Assembly: GCA_965209155.1 (NCBI GenBank) | Contig: OZ242383.1 | Coordinates: forward strand, 544,001-608,000 | Direction: 5' to 3' | Origin: a bacterium | Lineage (GTDB): Bacteria > SAR324 > NAC60-12 | Length of the DNA: 64,000 nt | Position numbers and translations under genes: made by a program | In this document: positions 58,352 through 64,000 of the stretch, in pieces | How the letters are laid out: each line of letters opens with the position of its first letter | How positions within the stretch are numbered: the stretch's first letter is position 1 | Notes under the pieces: generated by a model | Told to the model about the DNA's origin: nothing | The model's database searches: none | The model's input: the letters and a program-made list of their open reading frames with translations, nothing else

Positions 58352-59740
58352 TCAAATTGATGATCTCTCGATCCGGAGCTTACTTCGATGGCTGATATAG
58401 CAGAGTCGGCTGCATAACAGAACAGCTTGTACTCCCAACCCGATAATCAAGCCATACCATAATCCTTTTGCGCCATATTCCAAAACAAAGGCCAAAGCGT
58501 ATCCTGAACCCAGACCAATGACCCAGAATGAAAAGAAAATGATCATCATGGTCGTACGAGTGTCTCTCCATCCTCTCAAGACACCCACTGTCGTGGCTTG
58601 AATACCATCCGGAACCTGGAAAATCGCGCCCAGGAGCAGAAATTCCGTGGCAATCAACAACAAGGCTTGGTCGTTAGTGAACCATCCCGCAATTTGCCGA
58701 GAAAACAAAAAAAGAATGATGCTGCTAAGAAGCAACAGGGACCCTCCGAAGGCAATACTGAGCCAACCCACCAAACGCGCCCGGCTTGCATTCATATTTC
58801 CCAGCGCCATTCCCACCCGTGTTGTTGCTGCCAGACCCAAGCCGAGGGGGATCATGAAAGTGAAACCGAGATAGTTCAATGCAATCTGGTTGGCGGCCAA
58901 TGCCTTGAAGCCAAAACGGACCATCAAGAGTGAAAAAAAGACGAATACGGACACTTCGATAAAGAAGCTGATTCCAATCGGAGTGCCGATCCACAGGATC
59001 GGTTTGATCCCCTTCCATGAAACTTCTTTGAGACGTGAAAAGATCTGGTATTTTTGAAATTTCTTATTGAACAAGGAATAGATCAATAAACCGACGACCA
59101 TGGCCCAGTTGGACATGGAACTGGTCCAACCGGCGCCTACCGCCCCCAATTCGGGTGCGCCAAAATTTCCGAATATCAAGGTATAGTTGCCCACGATGTT
59201 CACCGCCAAGCCGATGAGGCAAAAATATAAGGTAAGACGGCTGATGGAAATTCCTTCATAAAATCCACGCAAGGAGGCAAACAAAAAAGCGGCCGGGAGT
59301 CCCCAGGAAAAAGCTTTCATGTATTCTTGAGCGATTTCAAAAACCTGGGGTTCAACTTGAAGAAATGTCATGAAGGAAAGCATGTTTCTGACAGTCACCC
59401 AGGCGAACAGACCATAAATCTGACCGACCCAAATGCCTTGTACCACTTGCAGTCCAATCTTGCCAGGCTCTGCATCTGCCCCGTGGAGACGGGCCACCAG
59501 CACTTGTAAGCCACCAATCAGACCGACGCCGACAACGACTATGGTGAACATGCTCTTTTCGCCAATAGCGACGGCTGCTAAATCGACTGCGCCGTAATGA
59601 CCTGTCATGATGGTGTCGACGAAACCCATCGACATTTGAATCATTTGCGCCAGGATAAGAGGTACGGCCAAGTTGAAAAGAAGTCGGAATTCGGTCCGGA
59701 TCGTAGTCCATTTCAAGGTAAAACTTTCAGATTTCAGCAC
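58352..59740 (-). CDS. MATE-family efflux transporter (NorM-like)
   Basis: LAVPLILAQ..MGFVDT, LIFGNFGAPELGAVGAG, FQVPDGIQ. Confidence 0.92.
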   Translation of the reverse strand: MLKSESFTLKWTTIRTEFRLLFNLAVPLILAQMIQMSMGFVDTIMTGHYGAVDLAAVAIGEKSMFTIVVVGVGLIGGLQVLVARLHGADAEPGKIGLQVVQGIWVGQIYGLFAWVTVRNMLSFMTFLQVEPQVFEIAQEYMKAFSWGLPAAFLFASLRGFYEGISISRLTLYFCLIGLAVNIVGNYTLIFGNFGAPELGAVGAGWTSSMSNWAMVVGLLIYSLFNKKFQKYQIFSRLKEVSWKGIKPILWIGTPIGISFFIEVSVFVFFSLLMVRFGFKALAANQIALNYLGFTFMIPLGLGLAATTRVGMALGNMNASRARLVGWLSIAFGGSLLLLSSIILFLFSRQIAGWFTNDQALLLIATEFLLLGAIFQVPDGIQATTVGVLRGWRDTRTTMMIIFFSFWVIGLGSGYALAFVLEYGAKGLWYGLIIGLGVQAVLLCSRLCYISHRSKLRIERSSI

Positions 59741-59868
59741 GCCGGAAAAAATACTACTGGACGCGCTGGTGGAAGCAAGCGGTTCTTTGTGGAAACAGGG
59801 AACTCATCCAATTTCTGAAGAACTCAAAGCGTGGCTGCTACAGCATTTGTAAGCTGACAAACTCTCGG

Positions 59869-60982
59869 TTAAACTCGGGCATAAACTTTTTGTGAAAGAG
59901 CTGCTTTGATGAATTCATCAATCTGACCATTGAGCACGGCATTTGAGTTTCCCATTTCAAAATTCGTACGGTGGTCTTTGACCATCTGGTAGGGATGTAA
60001 GACATAGCTGCGAATCTGACTGCCCCATGCGATGTCTTGTTTCATGTTATGCAACTTGTCTTTTTCTTGATTCTGCACCTTTTGCTCATGTTCATAAAGT
60101 CGGGCTTTGAGGATTTTCAAAGCAATGGAGCGATTTTTATGTTGGGAACGCTCGTTCTGGCATTGTACGACAATCCCTGTCGGAAGGTGAGTGATGCGCA
60201 CGGCTGAATCCGTCGTATTGACGTGCTGTCCTCCCGCGCCGCTTGCTCGAAAAGTATCGATTTTGAGGTCTTCGGTTTTGATCTCAATCTCGATATTTTC
60301 TTCAATATCGGCATAAACAAAAACTGAAGCAAAGGACGTGTGTCGCCGTTTGTTGGCGTCAAATGGTGAGATTCTCACCAGACGATGGACGCCGCTTTCT
60401 GATTTTAAATGGCCATAGGCGTACTTCCCTGAAATCCCAAAGGTAACCGATTTGATACCGGCTTCTTCTCCCGGCAACAAGTCCATCAGCTCCACTTTAT
60501 AATTGTTCCGGTGGCACCAACGTCCATACATTTCGTAAAGCATCATGGCCCAATCAGCCGATTCGGTGCCACCGGCTCCAGGGTGAATCGTCATAATCGC
60601 ATCCCCTTCATCATGATCGCCGGAAAATAAATTGAGGATTTCCAGGCGTGTCAATTGGCCATCCAGATTTTGGATGTTAGCCAGGATCTCTTCCATGAAC
60701 TCCGGGTCTTCCGATTCCTGGTAGAGTTCATAAGCCGTAACCATCTCCTCTTGCAGGGTCAGCATGGTAATTCGTTCTTTGAGAATGTCGCCCAGTTGGG
60801 AAATTTTTTTCAGAACAAGTGTCTTTTCTTCTTGGGGCAGGGTCCAAAAATTGTCTCGAGAGGATTTTTTTTCGAGGATCTTCAATTCCTCTTCTTTGGC
60901 AGGGATTTCAAAGATACCTTTCTAAATTGCTCAGACGCTCGGCAATGTTTTCAATAGAAATGTTGATCTCTTCATTTGTCAT
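59869..60982 (-). CDS. prfB: Peptide chain release factor 2 with programmed +1 frameshift
   Basis: 24 codons MTNEE...ERYL, then CTT TGA A (60913-60907); +1 frame continues EIPAKEEELK...; SPF and GGQ motifs. Confidence 0.95.
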
Positions 60983-61135
60983 AAATTGTTCCTGTTCCTG
61001 ACGTTATTCCCACTGTTGGGCACTGTCTTCGTTATAAACAAGCTTTTTTCAAAAACTCATTCGCTTTTGATTATTGATATGCGAATCAGGAATTGAAATT
61101 TAATATATAAAATCAATAATTTAATAGTTATGATG

Positions 61136-61215
61136 TGTCATGCTGTTTCCGGATCATCCAGTATCCGAAATATCGCCCGTATCCCCCTGGATTCCTGGTC
61201 AAGCCAGGAATGACA
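61136..61215. repeat. REP-like element
   Basis: CTGGATTCCTGGTCAAGCCAGGAATGACA, identical to 7080-7108. Confidence 0.7.
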
Positions 61216-61393
61216 CGTTTTTTTATTCCTGATTCACGTTTATTGATTTTATTGTCAATTTCGAGTTAAACGTTTCGACTATGGCAAATTCTTCTTAAAA
61301 TGGAAACTTTTTTATCTCAATTCTTGCGCTTTCTTTTACATTCGATTAAATTGAATGAGAATCAAGGGAGGTGCTTTTTGATTAAAAAACCTT

Positions 61394-61996
61394 CTAGAAT
61401 AAAGACATTTGCTCATTTTCTTTTTTGGGCTTTTCCAAGAACCAGGGAGTTCTGACTGATTTGATTCCATAGTGGGATTCATAGAAAAGCTCCCCATGGT
61501 CCAAAGCATATTGATGCAAATCACGCGTCACCGCAACGTCGTTTTTGCAATAGTTAATGATCATGTCGAGTTTGCCTTCTTTGTACCACTGTATCGCCTG
61601 CAGTCCTTCTGCCGACTTGCCAACCCCCAGGGTTGGACGAGCAATCGTATCCAGTTTAAGACGATGTCCCAAAATTTTCTTGAGCTCGATGAGCATATCC
61701 AGGTTGTTCAGTTCCACGAGTTGGGTATACAGGCGACGGCGTTCGTTCGTATTGGCGTGTCGTACTCCGGCAACTACGCGAAAATCAAACCCAACATGAT
61801 TGAAACCGACCACCAATTCGGCCTGTTTGCAATGTTCGATCAATTCATGTATCTGTTTTTCCAAATAGATATGAAATTGCGCGTCCGAATTATCCCACAA
61901 AATTCCAACCGACATCCCCATGTCTTCGATGTTGTTCCAACCTCCCACTTCGTCTGCAGAATATTTTGTCTCTAAATCAATGTAGACAATATGCAT
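61394..61996 (-). CDS. RNase H-like (YprB/DnaQ-like) domain protein
   Basis: YIDLET, VGFNHVGFD, YCKNDV. Confidence 0.8.
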   Translation of the reverse strand: MHIVYIDLETKYSADEVGGWNNIEDMGMSVGILWDNSDAQFHIYLEKQIHELIEHCKQAELVVGFNHVGFDFRVVAGVRHANTNERRRLYTQLVELNNLDMLIELKKILGHRLKLDTIARPTLGVGKSAEGLQAIQWYKEGKLDMIINYCKNDVAVTRDLHQYALDHGELFYESHYGIKSVRTPWFLEKPKKENEQMSLF

Positions 61997-62028
61997 ATAC
62001 GATGGCCTTATGATATAACGTTAAGATT

Positions 62029-62712
62029 ATGGTGGATTATTATCAAATTTTGAAAATTTCACCCCAAGCGTCTTTTGATGAGGTCCGAAAAGCCTTCCGT
62101 CGCGAAGCAAAACGCTGTCATCCCGACTTGTATCACAATATCAACCCAGAAGAAAAGCAGAAGTTGCAAAAACAATTCATTATGCTGACAAAAGCCTATG
62201 AAACTTTGAGCGACTCTTCCCGGCGTCGCAGTTATGATCTTCAATTTCAAAGGTATTCGACCAAGAAACAATTCCAGGAAAAACCTCGTTCTTCCAATAG
62301 AACAAGCAGTTCCGCTTACCGGCAACCCTCCAGCGAACCTTTCACGGAAACGACTGACGATTCATTGGAAGATTTATTGGACGAGGTGGAGCAGTTGCTG
62401 GGCAAATTCGGACTGCAGTTCAAAGACCCGTTGGAGTTGCTGGTCAACTGGGCCTCGAAGGTTTTTCAAGATTTTGTCACTGCCTGGAAGGAAGAGGATG
62501 CGCAGCCTGCCAGGGAATCAAAACGTCCGGGGGAGAATAAAAAACGTTCCATCATGGATGAAATCGAAGCCGAGTTGAAAAATCTGAAACAACGCGCTTC
62601 TGCCACAAAAGGAAAAGCCCGGACAGTACGCCAGACGACGAAATCCTCTTCTTCATTCGAAATCGAACATGAATTGCAAGAATTGAAGAAGAAATACAAC
62701 AGGCCCTCGTAA
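62029..62712 (+). CDS. DnaJ-domain protein
   Basis: DYYQIL, HPD, AYETLSD...R..YD. Confidence 0.9.
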   Translation: MVDYYQILKISPQASFDEVRKAFRREAKRCHPDLYHNINPEEKQKLQKQFIMLTKAYETLSDSSRRRSYDLQFQRYSTKKQFQEKPRSSNRTSSSAYRQPSSEPFTETTDDSLEDLLDEVEQLLGKFGLQFKDPLELLVNWASKVFQDFVTAWKEEDAQPARESKRPGENKKRSIMDEIEAELKNLKQRASATKGKARTVRQTTKSSSSFEIEHELQELKKKYNRPS

Positions 62713-62808
62713 TTATGTACTTTTTCTTGATGGAAGTTTTTTGCAATAAAATAGAGGAGCGGGTATTGAACCTCCAATCCCCGGATCCGATTCGTCCACG
62801 GAAGTAAA

Positions 62809-63783
62809 ATGCTGGTCAAGGAATTCATCGAACCCATGAATTCGATGGCTGCGGTCAAAACTGCGGTTTTGATTCCCTGCCTCGATGAAGAATTAACAAT
62901 TGGTAAGGTGATCCGCGATTTTCAGCGACTATTACCGGGGGCGGATATTTACGTTTTTGACAACAACTGCACTGATCAAACGCCAGAGATCGCTCGTCGG
63001 GCAGGTGCGGTGGTGTACGAGGAAAAACGTCTTGGAAAAGGGCATGTCATTGCCTCCATGTTCAAAAAGATTCAAGCCGACATTTATTTATTGGTCGATG
63101 GTGACGATACCTATCCCGCCGAATTCGCTCCGTCTCTACTGGAGCCACTGATTACGGGGCAGGCAGACATGACTGTGGCAACTCGTTTGAGCGAGCACAC
63201 TGACAAATCCAAATCGTTTCGACGCTTTCACGTGTTTGGTAATAACTTGGTCAAATCTCTGGTCAATCGGATTTTTCAAAGCCATTTGAACGATATCATG
63301 TCGGGCTATCGTGGTCTTACCCGGGAATTCGTTGAAACGGTTCCGGTGCTTTCCTCCGGGTTTGAAGTGGAAACTGAACTCACCTTACGAGCGCTGGACC
63401 ATGGATTCACGATCAAAGAAATTCAGGTTCCGTACCGGGAACGTCCGGATGGTTCTTACTCGAAACTCCACACTTTCCGCGATGGTTACCGGGTTCTTAT
63501 TCAGATTTTGACGATTTCAAAAGTTTACAAACCTTTTACGTTTTTTGGTTTTATCGGATTGTTTTTTGGAGTCCTGGGATTGGGAAGCGGAGTGGAGGTT
63601 ATCATTGATTTCTTGGAAGACCGCTATGTCGATAAAGTCCCCACCGCCGTTCTCTCGTCGGCATGCATTCTGTTGAGTTTCGGTAGTTTTGGTATTGGTA
63701 TTATTTTGAATGCGCTCAATTACCGTTTTCGGGAATTGGTAAAAATTATTCAAAAAATTCGCTACTCGGACGGGAATCCCTGA
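62809..63783 (+). CDS. Glycosyltransferase family 2 (DPM1-like) with C-terminal TM helices
   Basis: LIPCLDEE, DGDDTY, DIMSGYR, GFEVETE; start uncertain. Confidence 0.9.
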   Translation: MLVKEFIEPMNSMAAVKTAVLIPCLDEELTIGKVIRDFQRLLPGADIYVFDNNCTDQTPEIARRAGAVVYEEKRLGKGHVIASMFKKIQADIYLLVDGDDTYPAEFAPSLLEPLITGQADMTVATRLSEHTDKSKSFRRFHVFGNNLVKSLVNRIFQSHLNDIMSGYRGLTREFVETVPVLSSGFEVETELTLRALDHGFTIKEIQVPYRERPDGSYSKLHTFRDGYRVLIQILTISKVYKPFTFFGFIGLFFGVLGLGSGVEVIIDFLEDRYVDKVPTAVLSSACILLSFGSFGIGIILNALNYRFRELVKIIQKIRYSDGNP

Positions 63784-63825
63784 TCCCTGTTCGGCGCAAC
63801 GGCTAAAATAGGAGAGCGCTTGACT

Positions 63826-64000
63826 TCAGGGGAATATCCTTTCGATCTTTTTCTCCAGGATTTCAGCATTGAAAGGGTATACGACGTAATCACTCACTCC
63901 GGCTTTGACGGCAGCAATGATATTCCCCTGAATTGCTTCAACGATGATCATCAAAACGGGAATGGACTTCAAATTGGGATCAGCGCGTATATTCTTCAAT
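63826..64000 (-). CDS. C-terminal part of a CheY-like receiver protein (partial)
   Basis: LKNIRADPNLKSIPVLMIIVEA...AVKAGVSDYVVYPFNAEILEKKIERIF*. Confidence 0.75.
   Translation of the reverse strand, partial: LKNIRADPNLKSIPVLMIIVEAIQGNIIAAVKAGVSDYVVYPFNAEILEKKIERIFP

Overview
Bacterial chromosomal window. A deltaproteobacterial, possibly SAR324-like, origin is inferred from gene content only and is not verified. Housekeeping genes occupy both ends. On the left are an outer-membrane protein/LolA-like pair, an IS cluster, glpK, xylB, GST, SDR, MscS, Smr, cysS and an MsbA-like ABC transporter. On the right are a ModF-like ABC ATPase, MATE, prfB, an RNase H-like protein, a DnaJ-domain protein, a GT2 and a CheY-like gene. 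Between them is a ~40 kb accessory island (about 16.6-56.6 kb) bracketed by two near-identical Uma2 genes. The island consists of two parallel modules. Each module has, in order: a ~2000-aa pseudokinase/STAND-ATPase/GAF/sigma54-activator gene; a convergent toxin-antitoxin locus or remnant; an enhancer-like palindrome with a -24/-12 promoter and a nearby IS200/IS605-like MITE; and a co-oriented mosaic array of ABC-transport and oxidoreductase genes separated by stubs of other genes. The two activators begin with different mobile-element-derived DNA-binding domains (an integrase arm domain and an IS1595 Zn-ribbon/HTH) and end in different HTHs with different candidate operators. The junction between the modules carries duplicated pieces of both island borders. 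It also carries an IS1111-type IS110 element whose 3' non-coding region shows four segments matching its own target and donor ends, i.e. a bridge/seek RNA. All calls are by eye from motifs; no database searches were run.
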